64,000 nucleotides of DNA, taken from positions 832,001-896,000 of the forward strand of contig CAWABA010000006.1 in the NCBI GenBank assembly GCA_963780185.1, read 5' to 3'. Made by a program: the position numbers and the translations under genes. Every line of letters starts with the position of its first letter. Within the stretch, counting starts at the first letter, position 1. Origin of the DNA: Candidatus Bathyarchaeota archaeon. GTDB lineage: Archaea; Thermoproteota; Bathyarchaeia; Bathyarchaeales; Bathycorpusculaceae. This document shows, in pieces, positions 50,002 through 60,229 of this stretch. The notes below the pieces were generated by a model. It was given only the letters and a program-made list of their open reading frames with translations, was not told where the DNA came from and did no database searches.

Positions 50002-51437
50002 ATGCAGTTAAGGAAGAGACTTAAAGACTTTAGAAATTGGTGCCCGCAGCCCCCAGACCGTCTGCCTACAAAATTGAAGCGTTACTCGATGCCTATTGCG
50101 GCTGTGGTTACGGCTACCCTTATTTTATCCGTGTCATTTTTCGTATTTTCATCAAGCTTAATGCCGTCCGCTCCAATTGTGCCCTTAGTTAATGTGCCTG
50201 TTTCAGCAACTCCCACGTTACTCTGGAAACACAACATTAATGCTACTGAAGGCTACGGAGCTTCTTCTCCAGTGGTGGTCAACGGCGTAGTTTACACAAG
50301 CGAGAACAACTACGTTTACGCTCTAAACGCAACCGACGGCACCCAGCTCTGGGATTACTTCACAGGCGGCGGAGTTGTTTCTAAACCTGCAGTTGCCGAT
50401 GGTGTCGTTTACGTTAATACGGACTTTTCCATTGACGCTTTGAATGCTACTGACGGCTCGCAGATTTGGAGTAACGAGCCTCAACATGATGTGCCCGTTG
50501 GTTTCTCTTCTCCGACTGTTGCCGACGGAGTCGTCTATGCTGGCACAACCACTTTAGACACCATTTGGACAATCGTGAAGGCAACGTTTACGCCATAAAC
50601 GCAACCAACGGCAAAACAGTTTGGACCACTCCGCCCTTCGCTGGCTTCGCCACCGTTCCTTCATCGCCCACGGTCGCCGACGGGGTAGTCTACATAGGTG
50701 CTGAGGGCGCGTTTGGCTGGGATATTCGTCCAGGTACGTCAATAAGCCAGATTTGCTATGGCGTTTATGCTTTGAATGCTACGAGCGGAGCGCAACTCTG
50801 GAAGTACAACATAGGTTACTCCGGTGGGGCGTCTCCAGTTGTTGTCGGCGGAGTCGTCTACTACGTCCCAGAAGAAAATAACTTATTCGCATTAAACGCT
50901 ACGAGCGGCGCAGAAATCTGGAATTACAGCGCGCCCATGGGCAACCCCTCTCAAGGCAATCCTTACAATGTCAACGTTGATTCGTATCCTGCCGTTGTCG
51001 ACGGCATCGTGTACTTGGGCTCAGATGAAGGCAACGTTTACGCTTTCAACGCCGCCAGCGGCACTATACTCTGGAATTACACGATTGGCAAGGGAGCTCT
51101 GTCGACTCCCAATGTCGCCGATGGAGTTTTGCACGTTGGTTCATCTGATGACAATATTTACGCTTTGAACGCCACAAACGGTGTCGAACTGTGGAGCTAC
51201 CCCACCAGCGGCGCAGTTGATTCTCCAGCTGTAATCAACGGGGTGCTCTACGTGGGCGGAGGCAACAACATTTATGCTTTAAGAGTTTCACCTGCCATGA
51301 GTTCTTCGGTTAAGACGCACCTCTCTGTGCAAATTATGATCGGCGTAGTGGTTTTTGCATTCATTGTTGTTGCATTAGTGCTTGTTCTGGCGCTAAAAAG
51401 GAAATTAAAAACAGGTGACAAAGATGGGCATGCGTAA
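50002..51437 (+). CDS. WCPQP-motif membrane protein with PQQ-like beta-propeller, frameshift near 50565
   Basis: Repeats SSPxVxDGVVY...VYALNATxGxxLW in both pieces; N- and C-terminal TM. Confidence 0.85.
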
Positions 51438-51466
51438 AAGATTGAGGATTGATGTCCTCAGCCTTT
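51437..51466. terminator. Hairpin between convergent genes
   Basis: TGAGGA-TTGATG-TCCTCA core with AAAG/CTTT flanks. Confidence 0.4.
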
Positions 51467-51508
51467 AGTGCCCTTAAATTAAAAAAATTGTCTTCAGCAG
51501 TATCTTTT

Positions 51509-51832
51509 TTACCAGCCGTGTTTAATTGTTGATGCTGTTTGCGGATGCTTGTTTTTCTTTTCGTCTTTTTTGTGGTTGAACCTTTTGATTTTGACTGCGT
51601 TGCCTTCTACGGCGGTCCAGTGGGTGCTGTTTAGCCTTTTGCTGTTGACGAATTTGGTTACCATCCTCTGCAATTCAAAGGTGGAAACCTCTTCGCCTTT
51701 CAAGGTTAATCCGTCGGAGATTATGGTTGAGGTTAATTTGAAGTGTTTTTGCAGAAAGTTGGCGAGGCTCTCCTTCTCCTCGTCTAAATCGGGCATTTCG
51801 ACTCTTACAGGGTTTTGGCTCTTTGACATCAA
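51509..51832 (-). CDS. Small basic protein, possibly ribosomal protein eL22-like
   Basis: LANFLQKH...LQRMVTKFVNSKRL pattern recalls the eL22 fold; weak. Confidence 0.45.
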   Translation of the reverse strand: MMSKSQNPVRVEMPDLDEEKESLANFLQKHFKLTSTIISDGLTLKGEEVSTFELQRMVTKFVNSKRLNSTHWTAVEGNAVKIKRFNHKKDEKKNKHPQTASTIKHGW

Positions 51833-52000
51833 ATCTTGCCAGCCTAATTCTATTGGCGATGCTTCAAGCTATTAAATCCTACCTAAATACAAGCGCAAAC
51901 AAACATTTTTGGAGACTAAAAACCCATTACCGACGAGGTTACCGTCAACTTTAACTTATAACGACGCTCAAGTTAAGACAAATAGAAAGGTGTCGTTTCG

Positions 52001-53374
52001 GTGAAGAAAACCAAGATTGTCTGCACAGTTGGACCCGCAAGCTTCTCCAAACATGTCATTGAAAAAATGTTCCATGCGGGCATGAACTGCGTGAGAATAA
52101 ACACGGCTTACGGGAACCTTGACCAGTACGAATCGACGATTGAGACGGTTCGCCAAGTTACCAACCTGCCCGTGATGGTTGACATCAAGGGACCTGAAAT
52201 CAGAATCCGAACAACCCAACCCAAAACACTCGGCAAGGGAGACATCTTGGAGGTCGGCTTCAACGGCGAAGACGTCTGCTTCAACCACGACTTATACGAC
52301 GAAATCGCCGTCAACGACTTAATCTTAATTGACAACGGCAAAATCAGAACTCACGTCACGGAAAAATCAAACCATAAGCTGTGCCTGAAATTTGCGAGCT
52401 GCGGCACAATAGAAGACGGCAAAGGAGTCAACATCCCAAACAAACGCCTTTCCGTACCCACCCTGTGCGAATGGGACCGAGAAATCCTTAAGATCTGCAA
52501 AAAACTCGACGTTGAATACGTCGCGCTTTCGTTCACAAGAAACGCCAAAGATGTCGAAAACCTGCTTCAAGCGCACAGGTTCGAAGGCGGCGTCATTGCG
52601 AAAATAGAGAATTCCGAAGGCGTCCAAAACATGGAGGAGATTTTGGCGGTTGCCAGCGGGATAATGGTTGCGAGAGGCGACTTGGGTATCGAAATTGAGC
52701 CTGAAAAGGTTCCTCTTGTTCAGAAGTCGCTTATTAAGGAATGTAACCAGAAGGGCAAAGTGGTTGTGACGGCTACAGAAATGCTCGAATCTATGATTCA
52801 TCAGCCGTGCCCCACAAGAGCCGAGGTAAGCGATGTCGCCAACGCGATACTGGACGGCTCAGACGCCGTTATGCTTTCAGGGGAAACCGCGGTGGGCTCG
52901 TATCCTGTGGAAGCTGTTAAGATGATGACGCGGATAGCTAACGAAATCGAAAAAGTCGCGAAAAGCAACGTTGAGGACACCGCCTTCATCAACATCTCCG
53001 ACACCGTAAGCAAGGCAATCCAGAACATATGCAAAAGCATGCCCGTCCACAAAGTCGTAACCTTAACCCGCTCAGGATACACAGCGCGAATGATTGCGCG
53101 CTTCAAGATAAGCCAACCTGTGATTGCTGTGACGCCCGACTTGAAAGTTAAAAGGCAGCTGGAGCTGATTTTCGGCGTTGAACCCGTTCTGATTAATTAT
53201 CTTGAGGAGAAAGACAGGGTTACGCATGTTGCTAACCAGCTTTGCGCGATGGGTTTGGTGAACGAAAAAGAAACTGTTCTGTTTACTTCTGGTGTGAGGA
53301 CAATGATGAAGCATGCGAGCAACTCGATTGAGATTCATAAAATAGAGGAGCTGCGGCAGTTCGCTTCTACTTAA
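52001..53374 (+). CDS. pyk: Pyruvate kinase
   Basis: KTKIVCTVGPAS, DIKGPEIR, IAKIE, MVARGDLG, TRAEVSDVANA, MLSGETA. Confidence 0.97.
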   Translation: MKKTKIVCTVGPASFSKHVIEKMFHAGMNCVRINTAYGNLDQYESTIETVRQVTNLPVMVDIKGPEIRIRTTQPKTLGKGDILEVGFNGEDVCFNHDLYDEIAVNDLILIDNGKIRTHVTEKSNHKLCLKFASCGTIEDGKGVNIPNKRLSVPTLCEWDREILKICKKLDVEYVALSFTRNAKDVENLLQAHRFEGGVIAKIENSEGVQNMEEILAVASGIMVARGDLGIEIEPEKVPLVQKSLIKECNQKGKVVVTATEMLESMIHQPCPTRAEVSDVANAILDGSDAVMLSGETAVGSYPVEAVKMMTRIANEIEKVAKSNVEDTAFINISDTVSKAIQNICKSMPVHKVVTLTRSGYTARMIARFKISQPVIAVTPDLKVKRQLELIFGVEPVLINYLEEKDRVTHVANQLCAMGLVNEKETVLFTSGVRTMMKHASNSIEIHKIEELRQFAST

Positions 53375-53527
53375 AGACCTTTGGGTTTGGCGCGGCATGT
53401 TGCAGGGCTTTAGACAAAAATATGTTTAAGCGTGACATTCAAACATGTATTATCCATTCGAAAACTATGGAAAGTTTTTTATTCTATAATGATAAAGCAT
53501 GGAAGCGGTAATACGGAGGAAAAAAGA

Positions 53528-53698
53528 ATGGCAAAATGTCCAAAATGTTCAACCGAAGTTTCAAAAGCAAAAAAGACTTGGAAAATGGCAGGGCGTCCAG
53601 ACAAAGCTGGAAAACGCATGCAACTCGAAATCGGACTTTACGAGTGCCCGAAATGCGGTAACGTCTTCCGCGAAGTTTTAAGCAAACAGAAAATCTAA
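53528..53698 (+). CDS. Cren7-like chromatin protein with two CxxC knuckles
   Basis: ATG after GGAGG; MAKCPKCSTEVSKAKKTWKMAGRPDKAGKRMQLEIGLYECPKCGNVFREVL; K.W...IGL(Y/F)....G..FR matches Cren7. Confidence 0.7.
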   Translation: MAKCPKCSTEVSKAKKTWKMAGRPDKAGKRMQLEIGLYECPKCGNVFREVLSKQKI

Positions 53699-53811
53699 AT
53701 TTGCAACCGAAAAACAGTTGCATTTCCCGTATCTTTATCTTTTTTCTTTTTTGGAAGAAACTTTAAGGCTTAGAAGCCGTATTCAATCGAAATTATTGCT
53801 GAGGCTAAAGC

Positions 53812-54489
53812 TTGAGGTTCCTTAGGCGAATGTGGAAAAACGAGTACTTCAAAACCGCAGTCGCCATCGCGTTAATTGTCGGGGTTGCCTTCGGGTTGCT
53901 GGTCGGCATCCAGCAGGTCCTTCACACTTCTTCTCCCGCGTTGACTGTTGAAAGCAGCAGCATGAGCATTCCCTATGATTTTCAACCAGGCCCGCCTTAT
54001 CCTTTGAGTTATGTCTTAATAACGTTACAGCACCCATTTGATAGAACCCTAAATATCGGGGACATTATAATTGTGGAAGGCGTAAACACAAGCGACTTAA
54101 ACACCAATTACCCTAACAGCGACATCATCGTGTTCCATGAACCCGGCGACTATAAAACTTTGATAGTTCACCGCATCGTCCGCACGGAAACAGTCAACGG
54201 CACCCTTTACTTCATCACCAAAGGCGACGGTAACGGAAACCATTGGCCGCAGACCCCAACGGGCGGCTGGGATGCATGGGACAGCAATAACCCGCCGGGA
54301 GTGCCAGCAAGCGCCGTGGTCGGCAAGGTGGTTATGCGTATTCCATGGTTGGGTTGGGTGCCGCTTTTTATGAAGAATGACTCGTGGGGTTTGCCAGTTG
54401 TCATCACCATCATAATGTTGCTTGTAATCGTCGAATTTGTCGTTCCTGAGCTGCGGAAGAAAAGACCTGAACAACAGAAACAGACTTAG
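53812..54489 (+). CDS. Signal peptidase I (Sec11/S26B type)
   Basis: VESSSM, GDIIIV, IVHRIV, TKGDGN, RIPWLGW. Confidence 0.9.
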   Translation: MRFLRRMWKNEYFKTAVAIALIVGVAFGLLVGIQQVLHTSSPALTVESSSMSIPYDFQPGPPYPLSYVLITLQHPFDRTLNIGDIIIVEGVNTSDLNTNYPNSDIIVFHEPGDYKTLIVHRIVRTETVNGTLYFITKGDGNGNHWPQTPTGGWDAWDSNNPPGVPASAVVGKVVMRIPWLGWVPLFMKNDSWGLPVVITIIMLLVIVEFVVPELRKKRPEQQKQT

Positions 54490-54570
54490 CGCGGGGCACA
54501 GATGTCTTTATAAAGTAAGTTTTTGATAGTGAGGATATTTAAGGGCGGTTAATGCAAAGGGGGAGATTGT

Positions 54571-55131
54571 GTGCCGAAAGTTAAAGCTACAATAAGCGTT
54601 GAAAACGTGGTCGCTTCTGCAACTCTTAACCAGAAAGTTGATTTGAACGCTGTCGTTAAAGGTTACCCAGGCGTTGAGTATCGCCCTGAACAGTTTCCAG
54701 GCTTAGTTTTCCGTTTGAAACGCCCCAAAACAGCCACTTTAATTTTCAGTTCAGGAAAGATGGTTTGCACAGGCGCCAAGTCGGAGAAAGAAGCCCGCCG
54801 AGCCGTCATGAAAGTGATTAAGGAGCTTAAGAAAGGCGGCATCATAATAATCAGCAAACCCGAACTTAAAATCCAGAACATTGTGGCTTCAGGCAGTTTA
54901 GGCGGCATGATTGATTTGGAGAAGGCGGCTTACACTTTGGGGCACGCCATGTATGAACCTGAGCAGTTCCCAGGCTTAATCTACCGCATGCAGGAGCCCA
55001 AAGTCGTGATTTTGCTTTTTGCAAGCGGAAAACTTGTCTGCACAGGAGCCAAACAGGAACCAGACGTTTACGTAGCAGTGGAAAAATTGCATACGCTACT
55101 TGAAGAAACCAACCTCATATTCTACGATTAA
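54571..55131 (+). CDS. tbp: TATA-box-binding protein
   Basis: Two repeats NxVAS...YxPEQFPGL...FxSGKxVCTGAK. Confidence 0.98.
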   Translation: MPKVKATISVENVVASATLNQKVDLNAVVKGYPGVEYRPEQFPGLVFRLKRPKTATLIFSSGKMVCTGAKSEKEARRAVMKVIKELKKGGIIIISKPELKIQNIVASGSLGGMIDLEKAAYTLGHAMYEPEQFPGLIYRMQEPKVVILLFASGKLVCTGAKQEPDVYVAVEKLHTLLEETNLIFYD

Positions 55132-55138
55132 GACACGG

Positions 55139-55768
55139 TTATTTTTTCTTTACTTGTTTGAGGATTGTTTTTAGGCTTTCTTTGTCTATCAAGCCAGTGT
55201 CGTAGAGTACGTTTGCGATTTCGCTGATTTTCAGCATGGAGTGAAGTTTTATTCCGCTTTTTTCAAGTTGCGCTGCTCCGCCTTCTTCCCTGTCAAGGAA
55301 AACGATTGCGTCGGTTACTACGCCGCCTTCGGCTCTGACGGTTTCAGCGGCTTTCTTGAGCGTTAATCCCGTGGTGACTAAGTCGTCGATTAGAAGCACT
55401 TGGTCTCCTGAAACCAAGATTCCTTCAACCCGCCGCTCTCTGCCGCGAAGCCGAACTCCCTTGCGCACGTATAGGAACGGTTTTTCAAGGTTATAGGCAA
55501 CTTGGGACGCAAAAATGATGCCGGTCAACGGTACCCCTGCAATTCTGTTAAAGCTTTTTGCTTCGATTTGGCTTTGGATGTATTGGGCGTAGAAGTCGCA
55601 GATTTCTCGGAATGCATCGGGGAAACTGGGGATAACGCGCAGATCCACGTAGTATGGGCTTGCTTTTCCGCTTGAAAGCTTGAAAACCCCAAACTTTACC
55701 GCGTCGACTTTGGAAAGTATGTTTGCCATTTTTTCTTTCTTTACTTGAATCGACTGGTCAACTTTCAT
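55139..55768 (-). CDS. pyrE: Orotate phosphoribosyltransferase
   Basis: FGVFKLSSGKASPYYVDLR, IDDLVTTG, DREEG. Confidence 0.9.
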   Translation of the reverse strand: MKVDQSIQVKKEKMANILSKVDAVKFGVFKLSSGKASPYYVDLRVIPSFPDAFREICDFYAQYIQSQIEAKSFNRIAGVPLTGIIFASQVAYNLEKPFLYVRKGVRLRGRERRVEGILVSGDQVLLIDDLVTTGLTLKKAAETVRAEGGVVTDAIVFLDREEGGAAQLEKSGIKLHSMLKISEIANVLYDTGLIDKESLKTILKQVKKK

Positions 55769-55772
55769 TTTT

Positions 55773-56462
55773 TCACTTCCTTTTTGACACCTGATAAATC
55801 TTGTTCTGTTCAGGAACCAAGCATGTTGTCCTCGGCATCTCCTTCTTCATTATCTGGGCAAATTCCCGTTGGCTTTCGGCGGACGCTGTGTGGTATGGTA
55901 CGGCGACTTGAGGCTTAATCAACTGTGCAATTTCAAAGCCTGTCTGCGGCGTGGAGCCTGGAGCGATGCCGACCGTGCAGAAAACCACGTCAAATTTTTC
56001 TTTTTGACCCATAAGAGCCATCTCCGGAAAAGGCAAGCTGTCGGCGGTATGGTAAACTTTTACGCCGTCTTCACTGGTAATTATGTAAGTTACGGGTGCT
56101 TTGGCGTTGTGGTTGCATTTCTCCGCTTTAACTGTGACTTCGCCGATTTTGATTTCTACGCCCGGCTTGGCTTCCTGCAGTTTGCCCATAGGTACGACGT
56201 ACTGGAGTTTTTTGGTGGATGCTGAGTCGGCGATGATGGTGCAGTCGGTTTCTTTCTGGATTTCCGCTATTAGCCGTGGGTCAAGGTGGTCGTAGTGCTC
56301 ATGCGTTATCAGGACGGCGTCGACGTTTTGGAGGCTTTTGGATTTGATGTCCACTGGGTCTATGGCGAGGGTTTTAGTGGGGGTTTTCAGAAGGATTCCA
56401 GCGTATTGGTTGAACCAAACGAAGAGGATGGCGTTTTTTTCAGGTATTTTCTGTATCGACAT
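55773..56462 (-). CDS. Metallo-beta-lactamase fold hydrolase
   Basis: IDP, THEHYDH, YHTADS, VPYH. Confidence 0.88.
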   Translation of the reverse strand: MSIQKIPEKNAILFVWFNQYAGILLKTPTKTLAIDPVDIKSKSLQNVDAVLITHEHYDHLDPRLIAEIQKETDCTIIADSASTKKLQYVVPMGKLQEAKPGVEIKIGEVTVKAEKCNHNAKAPVTYIITSEDGVKVYHTADSLPFPEMALMGQKEKFDVVFCTVGIAPGSTPQTGFEIAQLIKPQVAVPYHTASAESQREFAQIMKKEMPRTTCLVPEQNKIYQVSKRK

Positions 56463-56729
56463 AACTTGATTCCTCGAAAAGAATTATGTCGTTAGCTTGT
56501 TAAAGAAGTTGCGTTTGCTCAACATACGCATCAGCCAGCGCTCCATCTGCCGCCATGCCGAAAAGTGACCAAGCAGATTTTCCCTGTCCTTCTTCTTCTC
56601 GCGCCCAAACGGCTGGCAATCTGAAGTTTATTAATAATTGTTCGTTTGTTCAACAGGTTGGGCGGGTTTGTTTTTTGGGAATAAAGGTTATGTAGGTAAC
56701 CATTCGCTTGTCCTATTAGGGAGGGCCCT

Positions 56730-57368
56730 TTGATGGGGTCATTGAAAGGTTTAGGAGAAGGCTTTCTAGTAGCGACAGGAATAATTTGGAGTTTCAGCAT
56801 AGCGTCCCTTTTCAAAAGTGGCGACGCATGGCTAGCTCTGCTTTACCTGATGATTCTAGCCATCCCAGTTTCCACTCTATTGCTCTTTAGGCTGAGAAAA
56901 AAGAAATCTGAAGCCCATTTTGAAGGTGCCAATAAATGGCGGGAAATGATGTTTTCCGTTCAAGGAGTCGCTTTAGCCTTCTGGGGCTTCGACATCATAA
57001 CGACGTTCTACGCCATCAACGTGACGCGTTTAGCGTACGAGTTGAACCCGCTTGGTTGGCCGCTTGGAATTTTAGGCGGATTCGCATTCTACGGTCCAGC
57101 AGTGGTTTTCTCGTATGTTTTGCTTTACAGGTTCAAGGAAAAAATCGCGTTGTACGCTGCAATGTTGTTATCGATGGTTACGGTTGTCATGGGCATGATG
57201 AATCTTTTGGCTGGAGCCCAAAACTTCCAAGTGTTCGTTGAAACCGCCGCGTTGACGACGGGGATACGGTTTGGGTTGTTGGCCGTGGTTGGCACGGTGT
57301 GTTTGATCGTTCCCTTAGCGTTGAAGCGAACAATGACCCAGCCCAAATCCAAGCCGCTTCTGTCTTAA
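56730..57368 (+). CDS. Multi-pass membrane protein (DUF5658-like C-terminal part)
   Basis: FDIITT...ELNPL motif, ~6 TM. Confidence 0.6.
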   Translation: MMGSLKGLGEGFLVATGIIWSFSIASLFKSGDAWLALLYLMILAIPVSTLLLFRLRKKKSEAHFEGANKWREMMFSVQGVALAFWGFDIITTFYAINVTRLAYELNPLGWPLGILGGFAFYGPAVVFSYVLLYRFKEKIALYAAMLLSMVTVVMGMMNLLAGAQNFQVFVETAALTTGIRFGLLAVVGTVCLIVPLALKRTMTQPKSKPLLS

Positions 57369-57388
57369 AGCACGCATTTCAGAATCCG

Positions 57389-59691
57389 TTATGCACCCAA
57401 ATATTTTGTTAAGGTGCTGGTGGATGCTCCGTTGACTGCGTCGCGGATTGTTTTCGCCGTATAACCCTTAAAGCTTAGCAGGTTGGCGGCTGAAGCGTAA
57501 AGCAGAAGCAGATACTTTTTTGTGTCGGCATGCACGCCCCTATCGATAAGCTGCTCCGCCACAACCCGTCTATGATGCCGTTTGTTTTCTGAATCTGTAA
57601 AAACAAAAGCCAAGTTTGTGCCCGCATTAACTTCCACGCCGCTCTTAACCAACTGCTCCGCCACAATCACTTGGCTTACATGCTGCCTGTAACTTTTAGG
57701 GTCCTTAGACAGGTGCTTAGTTATGATTAAATCCCAAACGGGAACTTCGCCGTTGATTAGTTTTTGCCGATAAGCCTTAACCACCTGCAGGGCGTCAGGG
57801 ATTTTCTGCGTAAACTCCGCTGAATTGTTTGCGGAAGCCAACACGTTGATCATTTCCATCTGGAGGTTGTAGATGAACCGCGGCGTATCTCTTCGGCGCA
57901 CCTCTAAACCTCTGACCTTGATTTTGCCGTTGTCCATGGCGCCGTAGTAACGGTTTAAGACGCTGACGCGGGGATGCATGGTGGAAGGCAAAAAAACAAT
58001 CCATTTGTAGCGTCCCTCAAAATTTATGGGAACCCCAATCTCGTCAGTAATCACCTTGCAGAGGTGACGGTACTCTTCCATGGTTGCGTTTTCTTTTTTT
58101 AGCCAGAACGAATCCACTATGCCGTGGATAACCTCGAAGCCTTCGTCTTCCGCGAGGTGTGTTGCTTTAAGAAAGGCTTCTCGGGCAAAAGCGCAGACGC
58201 CGATGTGCCCATCAACTGAACCGAATTTTGAGTTGCTAAAACCCAAGTAGCCGAAGCATGTGACCAAGATCCATTTTAGCGCTGTCTGACGTTTATCGTA
58301 CACCTGCTTAAGCGTTTTATCAGAAGTTTCATCCCGTAACCGTTTGTAGCTGAGCCGTTTGGTTAATGCCAGCTTGACGGTTTTCGGAACCATGCCGACG
58401 CGTTTTGTGCAGATGTGGTAGTTTAAGTCGGGAATCCTAATCGGGGAATCGGGGCAGCATTTGCAAAGCACTGTTTCCGCTGAAATATTGTATTTCGCCA
58501 TCAGGCTTGGGTACATGGAAGAGAAATCTAGTCCCCGATTGAATCATGCAGTCCCAGCCGTGGCTCAAAAACGAGTCCTCCGCGGTCGCCGACAAGCAGG
58601 TCAAGGGCTGATTTGAAGGCTTCAGTGTTTTTCTTGTTTCTCGGCAGCAAAATGTCGTCTTGCAGGGCTTGATAGTACTGGATAGAAGACATGCTGGAGC
58701 CGATTGAGAAACGCGCCGCCGTATGCAGGGGGACTCTGCAGGTTCGCGCTATTTCGATAAAGCCGTCTAAACCTGATTCGCCGATGATGAAGGTGTTATG
58801 TTCGTCAACGTGGATTCTGCCATAGAGTCGAATGGTGCTTGCCCGATAAAACGTGTGTCCATACGAAAAGAAAGTTTGCCCCGACGCAGTTTTCCTGCTG
58901 AAAGGCTTGTTGTCCCTGCTTAAAACAAACTGGTCTATGACGCCGTTTTCTGTTGCTCTGTGAATGAGGTATGGGAAAAGGTACGAGTCGCCTGACTGGG
59001 TTAAAATTATGTCGGGGTCTAACTTGTTTACCGCATAGACAAACTGCAACAGCTTAGTCGCTTCGTCGCCATAATCAATCGCAATCTCGTCTTGGTCATC
59101 CAGCTTTAAGGTGATGCTGCGGATTTCATCCTCGAAACCTGCGACAACGCCGCTTTTGGCAACATCCACCTCGAGCCTCAGGATACGCATCTGCGGAACG
59201 GCGTAGTCTATGCTTTCCACCGAATCCAAAAGCTTGTAATCCAAGCCTGATTTCCCGTATTTGACTTCCATAAAGGCAAGTGGGAACAAGCCGCGGCTGA
59301 AAAGGTACGAGCGGTCATCTTGGATGTCGCAGTTATAAAGTTCATAACGCAAATAATCGCCCATCCGCAGGATTTCAAGCGTTAACCCACGAATCGATCG
59401 GCAATCCTTAACCGTTACTTCTAGCACCGGGGATTTTTCGGCGTCCGTGGCTTGCGCGTATTTCTGCACGAACCGCACCGAAGCGATTTTCTCGTTATCG
59501 TATAGTCGGCTGATTAGGGTTTGGAGTTCGTCTTGTCTGCCTGAAACATAGATGCAGGGCTGAAACTTGTCAGTCAGCTTGACGCGTTCACCACTCTCCG
59601 TTATTACCCACACAGCAACTTTGCCGAAGTCGCTGGGGTAAACATCAAGCAGCCAACCCCTAATTGCCTTTGGCACGCTCATCTGCTGCAT
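57389..59691 (-). CDS. polB2: Family B DNA polymerase, PolB2 group, frameshift near 58530
   Basis: DRGGLVFEP, LDFSSMYPS across the shift, KWILVTCFGYLG, HGIVDS in place of YGDTDS, RGLEVRRRD. Confidence 0.9.
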
Positions 59692-59929
59692 CTAAAGCCT
59701 TCTCTAAACGCGTAATCTGCTTCTGCTGCGACACCAAAATCGAAAGAACCATCGGCTCAAACAGTATAGGCTGCGTTGCGTTGCTTCCAGCTGAAGCGTA
59801 GTTTCGGCAAGCATCCATCAAAGCGTCAAAGGCTTCTCTATCTTCGATCCGCAGAGCTTTGGCAAAGCCGTTCCAGCGGCGGATTTCATCCTCTATCGCC
59901 ATGCGGTAGGACTCCACGGTTTTACCCAT
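59660..59929 (-). CDS. Small helical PolB2-associated protein (arCOG07300-like)
   Basis: MGKTVESYR...FAKALRIEDREAFD; overlaps polB2 start. Confidence 0.8.
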   Translation of the reverse strand: MGKTVESYRMAIEDEIRRWNGFAKALRIEDREAFDALMDACRNYASAGSNATQPILFEPMVLSILVSQQKQITRLEKALDAADERAKGN

Positions 59930-60229
59930 AAGGCAGCCGCCTCCAATGATGCTGTTTATTTTTGTTCATGCTCTTTCTGCTCCCATCTTTGAAGGGCAGC
60001 AAAAAAGCCGACATAACTATTAAACCATCAACTCAAACGACATGGCAACGCAGTGGAGGGTAAACTGAAAGTGAATGTTTCCAGAATAAAATTAACTAAC
60101 TACTTGAGAGCTTATCGGGTATAGGACACTGTAAAGTAAGAATTTGTCAGTATTAATATTAATTTAGACCATAAAAGAAAAGAGAACATAAACCTTCGAG
60201 AGTACCCGTTAAGAGCCCTAACCGCTTAA

